Shown: positions 1-9,803 of the stretch, one piece after another
Position numbering within the stretch: the first letter of the stretch is position 1
Layout of the letters: every line of letters starts with the position of its first letter
Assembly (NCBI GenBank): GCA_031285625.1
Contig: JAITVV010000056.1
Span: 96,001-160,000, forward strand
Source of the DNA: Prevotella sp.
GTDB lineage: Bacteria > Bacteroidota > Bacteroidia > Bacteroidales > Dysgonomonadaceae
Direction: 5' to 3'
DNA: 64,000 nucleotides
Notes under the pieces: generated by a model
What the model was told of the DNA's origin: nothing
Databases searched by the model: none
What the model saw: only the letters and a program-made list of their open reading frames with translations
Translations under genes and position numbers: made by a program

Positions 1-2
1 TT

Positions 3-3000
3 TCAGGAGCTACTGTAGATATATACAACTATCAGATGCAACGGATAGGAGGCGGAAAATCGGATGGTGACGGCTTTGTTGAAACCGAATATAAAGGAGG
101 TGTACCTTTTGTTGTTATAGCCTCTAAAGGTAAAGAAAAAGGATACCTGAAAGTTACTTCCAATTTATCTTTATCATTGAGTAACTTTGACGTAAGCGGA
201 CAGGAAATACAAAAAGGATTGAAAGGGTATATCTACGGTGAGCGCGGCGTATGGCGTCCGGGTGATTCTATTTTTGTCACCTTTATTCTTGAAGATAAAA
301 ACCAAAGTTTACCAAAAGATCATCCTGTTTCTCTTGAATTGTATACCCCTCGCGGTCAGATGGCTCAACGCTACGTATCCACGACAGGCAAAGACGGATT
401 CTATGCATTCCGCATGGCTACCGATCCAAATGCTATTACAGGGAACTGGCAGGCACGAGTAAAAGTCGGAGGTGTCACATTCTCCAAGACAATGAAGATA
501 GAAACCGTTAAACCGAACCGCCTTAAAGTAAGGCTGGATGCCGGCGAAATGATCAATGCCGGTGGCGGTACTTTCTCAGCACCCCTTTCATCGCAATGGT
601 TACATGGTGCTCCTGCCGCTAATCTGGCAGCAAAAGTAGAAATGACTTTAAACAAGGCATATACTCCATTCAAAGGCTATGAAAAGTATACATTCAACAA
701 TCCGGCATCTAATTTCACATCAGACACCTATACTATTTTTGATGGGAAGCTGGATGCATCGGGAAATGCAATAGTAACAGCCAGCCTCCCTCAGGCGGCG
801 AGTGCTCCGGGTATGTTACGTGCTAATATTGTTTCCCGTGTATTTGAGTCGGGTGGTGATGCAAGTATATATTCACAAACGGCAGCTTACTCACCATATC
901 CGGCCTATGTAGGGGTTAAAACCGCTGCCGAGAGTGATTATGGATGGCTGGAAACGGATAAGGACAATATCTTTGACATTGTAACTTTAAGCCCTGATGG
1001 GAAGCCCGTAAACCGTCCTAATGTAAACGTGAAGATATATAAATTGAAATGGTCATGGTGGTGGAACTCGGGAGATAATCTGGCATCATACGTAAATAAT
1101 ACATCTACTGAGGTATTACTCAATGAAAATATATCTACCTCAGGAGGAAAGGGGTCTGTTAAGTTCCGTATAGATTATCCTGATTGGGGACGTTACCTGA
1201 TTATGGTAAAAGACGAGCAAGGCGGACATATTACAGGTAGAGTATTCTATGTAGACTGGCCATCGTGGAGGGGACGATCTCAGAAAGACGATCCGAGCGG
1301 GCTTACAATGCTTTCGTTCTCTACAGACAAGCAATCTTATGAGGTAGGTGAAACAGTAACTGTCATACTTCCTAAAAGCTCACAAGGACGTACTTTACTC
1401 ACTATCGAGGACGGCTCGAGTATCATTTCACGTCAGTGGGTAAAAACCAGTGCTACAGAAGATACGAAGCATACATTCAAGGTAACAGAAGAGATGACTC
1501 CTAATTTCTACATCTTTGCCAGTCAGCTTCAACCGCATGCACAGACAGACAATGACCTGCCTATACGTATGTATGGTGTGCTGAATATTAATGTAGAAAA
1601 TAAAGAAACTGTATTAACTCCGGTAATAAATATGCCGGATGAACTCCGGCCTGAAAAAGAATTTACAGTTTCTATATCTGAAAAGAATAAAAAGGAAATG
1701 ACATATACCCTAGCCATTGTTGACGAAGGATTGTTAGACCTGACCGCTTTCAAAACACCGAATGCATGGGCAGACTTCTATGCCCGTCAGGCTTTGGGTG
1801 TACGCACATGGGATATGTTTGATATGGTAGTGGGAGCACAGACAGGAAAGTTAGGGCCACTATTAAGCATCGGTGGTGACGAAGCTCTGAAACCATCTAA
1901 TAATGCGATGAGCAGGTTTAAACCTGTAGTGAAATATCTGGGGCCATTCTCTCTGGGCAGTGGCAAAACAGATACTCATAAGATCACTCTCCCATCCTAC
2001 TTCGGTTCGGTACGTGTAATGGTTGTTGCCGGAAATAAGAAAGGAGCTTATGGAAATGCCGAAAAAGCTGTACCTGTAAGAAATCCGTTAATGATACTAT
2101 CTACCCTTCCTCGCGTAGCAGGGCCTGACGAAGAAATATTGCTTCCGGTAAATGTCTTTGCAATGGATAAGAAAGTGAAGAACGTTAGTTTGACCGCACA
2201 ATCGAATGGTTTGTTCCAATTTACTGATGGCACATCCAAATCCGTATCATTTACAGATGTGGGAGATAAGATGGTTTACTTTAAAGTAAAAGTCGGTAAA
2301 AAGACAGGATACGAAAAAGTAGTCATCAAAGCAACAGGCGGAGGTGAAACTGCAACAGAGACAATCGATATTGAAATCCGCAATCCAAATCCGCATGTAT
2401 TATTAAGTTCACAAGCTTTGGTTCCGGTAAATGATACAGCTCAGCTATCCATCTCATTTGAAGACCCGAAAGCCGAAGATTGGGCTAAACTCGAAGTATC
2501 GCGTATGCCGGGAGTCAACCTGAATAATACATTGACCTATCTGCGTTATTATCCTTACGGATGTACAGAGCAAGTTACGTCAAAAGGCTTCCCGCTGTTA
2601 TTCTTAGAGAAATTCAGACCACTCACAGATAAAGAAAAAGAGGTAATTGTAGATGAAAATGTGAAGGGTGCTATCCAGACAATCGCTTCACGCCAGCTTG
2701 GTGATGGTGGTATTGTTTATTGGCCGGGTAACCGCTACCCTGACGAATGGGTGACAAGCTATGCCGGACACTTCTTACTGGAAGCTCAGCGTGCCGGACG
2801 AGATGTACCTGCATCTGTGATTAATAAATGGAAACAATTCCAGAAAAAATCAGCACAGACATGGAACAGAGGCAACTTGTATAATTCATATTATACATAC
2901 TCTATGACCGACCTGCAACAAGCATACCGTCTGTATACGCTGGCACTTGCCGGAGAGCCCGAACTGGGAGCTATGAACAGGCTGAAAGAAATGAAAGACC

Positions 3001-3920
3001 TCTCAGTACAGGCACGTTGGAGACTGGCAGCAGCATATGCATTGGCAGGCAAGAAAGATGCAGCATTGCAACTGACAAATAATGCAAGTGACCAGATAGA
3101 GCGTTATTCATTCAGTAATAATACATTTGGAAGCTCACAACGCGATATGGCTATGATAATGGAAACATACTTATTATTAGGCCAAACCGAAAAAGCTCTT
3201 AAGTTATCATTTAAAGTATCTGAATATCTGAGTGGAAGTTATATAACAACCCAAACAGCTGCCTATGGACTGATAGCTATGTCGAGGTTGGCAGAGAAAA
3301 TGGGTAAAGGTGTAATTTCTTACGAATGGTCATTGAATGGCGTACAGCAGAAAGTAAGTAATTCAGGTGATGTTTTTCAGGAGGTCACTCTAAAACCTCA
3401 GAGCAAGGTACATGTGACAGTTAAGAATAAAGGACAAGGTGAGATATTTGTACGCCTATTAGGACGTACTCAACCACTGACAAATGATACCCCAGCCGAA
3501 ATAAATGGCATTAAGCTATATGTTAAATACCTGGACGAAAATGGTAAAGAGATTGATGTAACGTCACTCCGTCAAGGTACGGAATTCTATGCAAATGTAA
3601 TTGTGCAGAACATATCCGGACAGTATCTTACAGATATGGCTCTCGACCAGATCTTTGCTTCAGGATGGGAAATCTTTAATAACCGCTTGTTTAATGAGGC
3701 AGATAAGAGAACGGCTAGCTCCTTCAATTATCAGGATATCAGAGATGACCGGGTTTACACATATTTCAATCTGGGTACAGGCTACTCAATGTCATTCAAG
3801 GTAAGATTACAAGCAGCATACTGCGGTAAGTTCTATCTTCCGGCTGTAGCCAGTGAAGCAATGTATAGCCCGGATATTAACGGACGAACTACCGGACAAT
3901 GGGTAGAGGTAAAACAATAA
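3..3920 (+). CDS. Bacterial alpha-2-macroglobulin family protein (5' partial; frame open to window edge)
   Basis: MG2 motif YGERGVWRPGD, thioester motif YPYGCTEQ (CTEQ at 2562-2573), C-terminal DIRDDRV...AMY receptor-binding domain; no stop upstream of position 36 in this frame. Confidence 0.95.
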   Translation, partial: SGATVDIYNYQMQRIGGGKSDGDGFVETEYKGGVPFVVIASKGKEKGYLKVTSNLSLSLSNFDVSGQEIQKGLKGYIYGERGVWRPGDSIFVTFILEDKNQSLPKDHPVSLELYTPRGQMAQRYVSTTGKDGFYAFRMATDPNAITGNWQARVKVGGVTFSKTMKIETVKPNRLKVRLDAGEMINAGGGTFSAPLSSQWLHGAPAANLAAKVEMTLNKAYTPFKGYEKYTFNNPASNFTSDTYTIFDGKLDASGNAIVTASLPQAASAPGMLRANIVSRVFESGGDASIYSQTAAYSPYPAYVGVKTAAESDYGWLETDKDNIFDIVTLSPDGKPVNRPNVNVKIYKLKWSWWWNSGDNLASYVNNTSTEVLLNENISTSGGKGSVKFRIDYPDWGRYLIMVKDEQGGHITGRVFYVDWPSWRGRSQKDDPSGLTMLSFSTDKQSYEVGETVTVILPKSSQGRTLLTIEDGSSIISRQWVKTSATEDTKHTFKVTEEMTPNFYIFASQLQPHAQTDNDLPIRMYGVLNINVENKETVLTPVINMPDELRPEKEFTVSISEKNKKEMTYTLAIVDEGLLDLTAFKTPNAWADFYARQALGVRTWDMFDMVVGAQTGKLGPLLSIGGDEALKPSNNAMSRFKPVVKYLGPFSLGSGKTDTHKITLPSYFGSVRVMVVAGNKKGAYGNAEKAVPVRNPLMILSTLPRVAGPDEEILLPVNVFAMDKKVKNVSLTAQSNGLFQFTDGTSKSVSFTDVGDKMVYFKVKVGKKTGYEKVVIKATGGGETATETIDIEIRNPNPHVLLSSQALVPVNDTAQLSISFEDPKAEDWAKLEVSRMPGVNLNNTLTYLRYYPYGCTEQVTSKGFPLLFLEKFRPLTDKEKEVIVDENVKGAIQTIASRQLGDGGIVYWPGNRYPDEWVTSYAGHFLLEAQRAGRDVPASVINKWKQFQKKSAQTWNRGNLYNSYYTYSMTDLQQAYRLYTLALAGEPELGAMNRLKEMKDLSVQARWRLAAAYALAGKKDAALQLTNNASDQIERYSFSNNTFGSSQRDMAMIMETYLLLGQTEKALKLSFKVSEYLSGSYITTQTAAYGLIAMSRLAEKMGKGVISYEWSLNGVQQKVSNSGDVFQEVTLKPQSKVHVTVKNKGQGEIFVRLLGRTQPLTNDTPAEINGIKLYVKYLDENGKEIDVTSLRQGTEFYANVIVQNISGQYLTDMALDQIFASGWEIFNNRLFNEADKRTASSFNYQDIRDDRVYTYFNLGTGYSMSFKVRLQAAYCGKFYLPAVASEAMYSPDINGRTTGQWVEVKQ

Positions 3921-3948
3921 ATTAAGTTTTAGTCAAATAGAAGAATAA

Positions 3949-3979
3949 GGCGTTTCATTTTGAAACGCCCTATTTTTTT
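3949..3979 (+). terminator. Intrinsic terminator after A2M
   Basis: GGCGTTTCA-ttt-TGAAACGCC hairpin followed by T run. Confidence 0.85.
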
Positions 3980-4082
3980 ACGAAGTATTCCTATCTAAAA
4001 GAAAACGCAGGAAAAATCATCCACATAAAGAACTAGCAATAAACATATTAGCTATTTTATTTAAAAAAAACGACAAAAAGTT

Positions 4083-4108
4083 GTAACTATTTTAACCTAC
4101 CTCACGTC
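4083..4108 (+). promoter_or_regulatory. Possible ECF-sigma promoter
   Basis: GTAAC-N17-CGTC upstream of the 4177 ORF matches the general AAC...CGT ECF pattern. Confidence 0.3.
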
Positions 4109-4176
4109 ATATTTACAGAAGCGCCTCTTAAACGAAAAAGAATAAAAAGATTAAGAAACAATTAAAAAACACAGTC

Positions 4177-4587
4177 ATGAAAGCAAGAATATTATCATTA
4201 GCAGTAGTCGTTTTATTATCAGTTGCAGGCGTATATGCATCAAGTCCAAAAACTAAAATATACAATAATAAAATTGGTAATGTAAAAGAACTAACAATGG
4301 TTGATAGTGAAACATCTAAAGCCATAAAGAAAGTTGTTTGTAACTATGATTCTAACGGAATACTACAAGAAAAAACATTCTATATCTGGAGCGAAACTCA
4401 AGGTTGGATAGGTTCTCAAAAATACAGTTATGAATACAATGATGGAAAACTAGATACAGTCGTCTATAATGAATGGAATAAAAATATAGCAGCATGGAGC
4501 GGAACACAACACCTAGTATATACTTACGATACAGATGGTGAGTTCCTTGCAACAAGACAAGTAGATAATCTGATGGCAGCGAAATAA
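4177..4587 (+). CDS. Secreted DUF3836-like protein
   Basis: Signal peptide; Y-D..G.L.EK.FY.W...W repeats typical of Bacteroidales DUF3836 proteins. Confidence 0.7.
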   Translation: MKARILSLAVVVLLSVAGVYASSPKTKIYNNKIGNVKELTMVDSETSKAIKKVVCNYDSNGILQEKTFYIWSETQGWIGSQKYSYEYNDGKLDTVVYNEWNKNIAAWSGTQHLVYTYDTDGEFLATRQVDNLMAAK

Positions 4588-4613
4588 GCGCCTGATTAAT
4601 ATATTTGAATCCG

Positions 4614-4648
4614 AAAGTTGCCTCTTTTCAGAAGCAACTTTTTTATTT
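4614..4648. terminator. Terminator between convergent genes
   Basis: AAAGTTGC...GCAACTTT hairpin with T tail. Confidence 0.65.
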
Positions 4649-5445
4649 TAAACAAACAGATACAGACTAAAAGCCATTACCAGCATACCAGCTACAAGCC
4701 CCATTATCGAAATATGATGTTTCCCATATTTCTCTGCGCTGGGAAGCAGTTCGTCCAATGATATAAATACCATTATACCTGATACTGCAGCCAGTATGAT
4801 ACCATTCATAGCAGGAGTCCAGAATTGCATAAGAAAAAAATAAGCGATCAAAGCACCGAAAGGCTCAGCAAGCCCTGAAGAGAAAGAAAGCCAGAATGCT
4901 TTTTTCCTACTGCCTGTTGCATGATATATTGGTACAGCAACCGCAATCCCTTCCGGAATATTATGTATAGCGATAGCGATAGTTATAGGAATAGCAACAT
5001 CCAACGAACCCAAGGCAGAAGTAAATGTCGCGATACCCTCAGGAAAGTTATGTATGGCAATAGACATGGCAATAACAATACCTGTACGTTTCAATGACCG
5101 TTTTTTACTATCCATATCCTCCACACCCTGTATCTCATGAGGATTAAGAGATTCAGGAATAAGGAAGTCGATGAGATTAATAAATGTAATACCTGCAAAG
5201 AAAGCGAGGATAAGGTATAACGTTCCCAGCTTTTCGCCATATACCGAGACCAATTCTAATTTCCCTTCAGGCATCATTTCCATAAAGGAAACATATAGCA
5301 TAATTCCGGCAGAAAACCCGAGTGAAGCACAAAGAAAATTTGTATTGGTATGTTTTGCTAATAAAGCGATCAAACTACCGATACCGGTAGACAATCCGGC
5401 TATAGCAGTTAAGATAAACGCCAATAATATATTGTATTCCGACAT
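4648..5445 (-). CDS. zupT: ZIP-family zinc transporter ZupT
   Basis: IAIHNFPEG and IAIHNIPEG motifs, LDELLP, multiple TM helices. Confidence 0.93.
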   Translation of the reverse strand: MSEYNILLAFILTAIAGLSTGIGSLIALLAKHTNTNFLCASLGFSAGIMLYVSFMEMMPEGKLELVSVYGEKLGTLYLILAFFAGITFINLIDFLIPESLNPHEIQGVEDMDSKKRSLKRTGIVIAMSIAIHNFPEGIATFTSALGSLDVAIPITIAIAIHNIPEGIAVAVPIYHATGSRKKAFWLSFSSGLAEPFGALIAYFFLMQFWTPAMNGIILAAVSGIMVFISLDELLPSAEKYGKHHISIMGLVAGMLVMAFSLYLFV

Positions 5446-5604
5446 TACTTATAGTGTGTTATAGTTACAAAGGTATGATATAGTTTTTATGTTAAAAATT
5501 ATATTGTTGTTAGATTGTTTTGATATAAACATTTTTGGTACATTTAAAGTTTAATATATTTCTACAAATAAATTAAGTTATGATAAACATTTGTTGACGT
5601 ATTT

Positions 5605-5716
5605 TTGTCATGCTGACGATAGGAAGCATCCCGACCCATTTACATACGCTGTGCTCCTGTGACCGTTGGTTGTCAAGGATAAAAGAAAAGAGATCCTTCG
5701 TTCCTCAGGATGACAA
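5605..5716. repeat. REP-like palindromic element (TGTCAT...ATGACA type), copy 1
   Basis: TTGTCATGCTGACGATAGGAAGCATCCC (5605-5632) is an imperfect inverted repeat of GAGATCCTTCGTTCCTCAGGATGACAA (5690-5716). Confidence 0.75.
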
Positions 5717-5777
5717 CAATGAAGTAAAATACGACAATAGATACTTAGATGCCTGTTTTTATAAAAAATTTGTCAAT

Positions 5778-6254
5778 ATGAAAAAGATCATAAATCCATG
5801 GGAAGGTATCGATGGCTACATGTGCTATGCCTGTTCACCGAACAATCCGAATGGTCTGCATATGGAATTCTACGAAGATGGGAATGATGTGGTGGCATTG
5901 TGGAAACCTACTCTATATCAGCAAGGATGGCTGGATACGCTACATGGAGGTATTCAGAGTACACTTATGGATGAAGTAGGGGGATGGGTAATAGTCCGTA
6001 AATTGCAAACCACAGGGGTAACTTCCAAGCTTGAAGCCAAATTCCTTAAAAGCATTTCTACTAACGAACCTTTGCTTACGATCAGGGGCAGAATAAAAGA
6101 ACAAAAACGCAACGCTATTTTCCTGGAAACAGAGATATTTAACTCGCAAAACGAATTATGTGCACGTGCAGACCTTTTATACTTTGTTGTCAGCCCGGAA
6201 AAAGCATCTGAAGATTTTCGTTTTAAGGGATGTAAAATCGAGGGTGAAGAGTAA
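5778..6254 (+). CDS. PaaI-family (hotdog) thioesterase
   Basis: CYACSPNNPNGL and QGWLDTLHGGIQSTLMDE motifs; start moved to ATG 5778 because the longer ORF runs through a repeat. Confidence 0.88.
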   Translation: MKKIINPWEGIDGYMCYACSPNNPNGLHMEFYEDGNDVVALWKPTLYQQGWLDTLHGGIQSTLMDEVGGWVIVRKLQTTGVTSKLEAKFLKSISTNEPLLTIRGRIKEQKRNAIFLETEIFNSQNELCARADLLYFVVSPEKASEDFRFKGCKIEGEE

Positions 6255-6292
6255 CCATTAATATTATTGAAAAGAAAAAAACAGGTCGGATT

Positions 6293-7681
6293 ATGACACA
6301 ACCGGATAGTAAAATAAATCTTAGCGCGCTGCTCTTTATCCTATGCCTGGCATCTTCATTGGTTCCGTTTATGGGCTCTGCTTTAAATCTGGCATTGCCT
6401 TATATCAATAAAGATCTATCACTAAATGCGGTTATGTCCGGCTGGGTTCCAACTTCATATATGTTGACCACAGCTATCCTACAGATTCCCTGTGCACGTA
6501 TAGCCGATATGGTAGGCCGTAAGAAAGTTTTTATCTGGGGCGTAATAATCCTTACTATTTTCTCGATCCTTAGCGGACTGGCAACCACAGGGGCTACACT
6601 TATCGTCTACCGTTCTCTGGCAGGCATAGGAAGTGCCATGATGTTTGGAACAAGTACAGCTATACTTACTTCTTCCGTTCCAAATGAAAAACGGGGAAAG
6701 GCAATGGGTATAATCGCTGCCAGTGTTTATTTTTCTCTGGCGGCAGGACCTTTTATAGGTGGTATTCTCACTCAATACTTTAATTGGCACAGTATCTTTT
6801 TTGTATCAGCAGCAGTAAGCCTTATTGTAGCAATCGGGGGATATTATATTATAAAAGAAGACTGGAAAGAAGAAGTAAAAAGCAAATTTGACACAGTCGG
6901 TTCTATCCTGTTTGCTATTGGCTTATCTTCTCTCATCTATGGGTTTACGATGCTTCCCCATCTCTTGGGATTTGTCTTTATTGGCGTAGGCATTATTGTG
7001 TTATTACTATTTTCAGCTTATGAAAAAAAACAGGAATTCCCCGTCTTTAATATGCGGATATTTCTTGGCAACAAAGTATTCCGTTTGTCTTCACTCTCGG
7101 CTTTAATTAATTACTCGGCCACATTCGCTATATCTTTCATGTTAAGCCTGTATTTGCAATATGTTCGCGGCTTGTCTCCACGCGATGCAGGTTTGATTCT
7201 TATTATCCAGTCTATAGTGCAGGCGGTAGCATCCCTCAAATCGGGGAGCCTGTCGGACAAGATGTCTCCAACATTTCTGGCCACTCTGGGTATGAGTATT
7301 ATTGCTGTCGGATTAGTCGGTCTTTGCTTTATCTCAGAAACTACAAGCTACTATTTTCTGGGAGGGATGATGATACTGCTTGGTTTAGGTTTTGGTATAT
7401 TCTCGTCACCAAACACAAATATTATAATGAGTTCTGTAGAAAGGAAACATTATGGACTAGCCTCTGCAACAATGGGCACTATGAGGCTCACAGGGCAAGC
7501 ATTAAGCATGGGTATCGCCATTATGGCAATCTCTATTGTTATAGGAAATATAGATTTATCAATAGCCCCACATCCTAAGTTTATCAGCAGCATGCGGATA
7601 ACATTCATCATCTGTCTTGTACTTTGCCTTTTCGGTATTTATGCTTCCTCTGCCAGAGAAAAAACTCATACAAACAAATAG
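6293..7681 (+). CDS. MFS drug:H+ antiporter (14-TM EmrB/QacA type)
   Basis: RIADMVGRKK motif A, GPFIGG, WHSIFF, FSSPNTN. Confidence 0.9.
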   Translation: MTQPDSKINLSALLFILCLASSLVPFMGSALNLALPYINKDLSLNAVMSGWVPTSYMLTTAILQIPCARIADMVGRKKVFIWGVIILTIFSILSGLATTGATLIVYRSLAGIGSAMMFGTSTAILTSSVPNEKRGKAMGIIAASVYFSLAAGPFIGGILTQYFNWHSIFFVSAAVSLIVAIGGYYIIKEDWKEEVKSKFDTVGSILFAIGLSSLIYGFTMLPHLLGFVFIGVGIIVLLLFSAYEKKQEFPVFNMRIFLGNKVFRLSSLSALINYSATFAISFMLSLYLQYVRGLSPRDAGLILIIQSIVQAVASLKSGSLSDKMSPTFLATLGMSIIAVGLVGLCFISETTSYYFLGGMMILLGLGFGIFSSPNTNIIMSSVERKHYGLASATMGTMRLTGQALSMGIAIMAISIVIGNIDLSIAPHPKFISSMRITFIICLVLCLFGIYASSAREKTHTNK

Positions 7682-7803
7682 ATAAACATCTCATTACCAA
7701 TACACTATAGATATCATTCTCTAAGATAAGTCATACTCCCTCAATTTCATAGTTATTATTATGGTTGTTTCCATATATTTGATTATAACCAAATAATAAG
7801 AAA

Positions 7804-8334
7804 ATGGAATTTAACTTTCAAAATTTAGATGAAGAAACTAGGTCCTTAATGTTAGGCGAAATTGATCACGATGTAACAGAAGGTAAGTTATATCAAAGTA
7901 AACGATTTAAAGAAGGTCAAGAAATTATATATCTTGAATTGTTAAAAAAAATTGTAATAAGTGGTAATGAAAAATCTTTAGCAACTGCACTTAAAGCAAA
8001 TAAATGTTTTAAAACTCATGAGTTGAGAAAAACAAAAAGTGGATACACAGAAGTTAAAGTTCCAGAGAATGCAGAAAGTCTCTTTGCTGAAGGAGAGTTT
8101 AATAGATTCTATATAAGAGCATTATGCTTAAGAATAATCAATAAGGGTGGTAGCCTCGAAATATATAGAGCCAGAGAATCACAAAACCCTCGTAAAGAAT
8201 CAGAAATATTAATTGGAAATATTATAGATGCAAAACAACTACTAAATGACTTAAGAGAAAATATTGGAATTGATACAGTATTAGGACTGCCTCCAGGTCC
8301 TAATAGTGGTTTGAGTGTAAAGATTATAACCTAA
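7804..8334 (+). CDS. Hypothetical cytoplasmic protein, AT-rich singleton
   Basis: 176-aa ORF with motif-like AEGEFNRFYIRALC and GLPPGPNSGLSV; TATATTTG -7 box upstream. Confidence 0.75.
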   Translation: MEFNFQNLDEETRSLMLGEIDHDVTEGKLYQSKRFKEGQEIIYLELLKKIVISGNEKSLATALKANKCFKTHELRKTKSGYTEVKVPENAESLFAEGEFNRFYIRALCLRIINKGGSLEIYRARESQNPRKESEILIGNIIDAKQLLNDLRENIGIDTVLGLPPGPNSGLSVKIIT

Positions 8335-8404
8335 AAAAGAATTTCTCTGATAAAGACTAAAGATTATTTTTAAAAGGATAATTTTGTAGCCAAATAGAAT
8401 CAGA

Positions 8405-9679
8405 ATGAATCTCTTAGAGAAGTTAAAGAAAGAATATACCAGAAGGCATCCAAAACCTAAGTCAGGGGCATTGGAACTATTAAAATATATTGGGCCGGGG
8501 CTCTTGGTTACTGTTGGATTTATTGATCCGGGTAACTGGGCTTCGAATTTCGCCGCCGGCTCAGAATTCGGTTATGCACTGCTGTGGGTAGTTACACTAT
8601 CCACTGCTATGCTCATCATCTTACAACACAATGTGGCCCACCTTGGCATTGTTACCGGGTTGTGCCTATCCGAAGCCGCTAATAAATACCTGCCGCGTAC
8701 AGGCTCACGCGTTGTGCTCTGGTCTGCAATGGGAGCTTCCATATCTACATCATTAGCAGAGATACTAGGAGGAGCCATTGCGTTGAACATGTTATTTGAT
8801 ATTCCCATCAAGGTTGGAGCTACACTGGTAGCCGTATTTGTTTTTGTGATGATGTTCTCCAATTCTTACAAAAAGATAGAACGTTATATTATAGCCTTCG
8901 TTTCACTGATCGGACTTTCTTTTATATATGAGCTCTTTCTGGTTGATATCGAGTGGGGTGAAGCTGCAAAAGCCTGGGTAGTACCTTCCGTACCCCAAGG
9001 CAGCATGCTGATTATAATGAGTGTACTGGGAGCTGTAGTTATGCCTCACAATCTCTTTCTACATTCGGAAGTGATACAGAGCCGTCAATGGAATCTGAAA
9101 GATGAGAAGGTAATGGAACGGCAATTGAAATATGAATTCGTCGATACATTCTTTTCCATGCTGATCGGCTGGGCTATAAACAGTGCTATGATTCTATTAG
9201 CTGCATCCACTTTCTTTAGAGAAAATATTGTAGTGGATGATTTACAACAAGCACATTCTTTACTCGATCCGCTATTGGGGAGCAATGCAGTCGTTATATT
9301 TGCAGTAGCATTACTTCTGGCAGGAATATCATCTTCCATGACGTCCGGTATTGCTGCCGGATCTATATTTGCAGGGATGTATGATGAAGCTTATAATATA
9401 AAAGATATCCATTCCCGCACAGGTATATTAATATCGTTAGGAGTAGGCCTGTTGATTATATTTATGATTGGAGATCCATTCAAAGGTCTGATTATATCGC
9501 AGGCTATACTTAGCGTACAGTTACCGATTACTGTTTTCCTACAGGTGCGGCTTACGTCTTCTAAAGAAGTTATGGGTAAATATGCAAATACCTTGTTCAC
9601 AAAAATTCTGTTGTATGGAATAGCTGTTGTTGTAACTTCCCTTAATGTAATGTTACTTGTTAGTTTCTTTGTAGAATAA
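8405..9679 (+). CDS. mntH: Nramp divalent metal transporter
   Basis: GFIDPGNW and MPHNLFLHS signature motifs. Confidence 0.92.
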   Translation: MNLLEKLKKEYTRRHPKPKSGALELLKYIGPGLLVTVGFIDPGNWASNFAAGSEFGYALLWVVTLSTAMLIILQHNVAHLGIVTGLCLSEAANKYLPRTGSRVVLWSAMGASISTSLAEILGGAIALNMLFDIPIKVGATLVAVFVFVMMFSNSYKKIERYIIAFVSLIGLSFIYELFLVDIEWGEAAKAWVVPSVPQGSMLIIMSVLGAVVMPHNLFLHSEVIQSRQWNLKDEKVMERQLKYEFVDTFFSMLIGWAINSAMILLAASTFFRENIVVDDLQQAHSLLDPLLGSNAVVIFAVALLLAGISSSMTSGIAAGSIFAGMYDEAYNIKDIHSRTGILISLGVGLLIIFMIGDPFKGLIISQAILSVQLPITVFLQVRLTSSKEVMGKYANTLFTKILLYGIAVVVTSLNVMLLVSFFVE

Positions 9680-9803
9680 AAGGCTAGCCATTTTATTTAT
9701 TAGTTTTCACCAACTCAGAAACGGTTTTTACCCATTTTCTCCGAAATTTTGTTCTTTAAATAAATATATTTGATGAAGAAAATTATCAATAAATATATTC
9801 ATT

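Noticed and set aside
5610-5777. N-terminal extension of the PaaI ORF
   Set aside because: Translates through the REP-like palindrome; the family-like sequence begins at 5778
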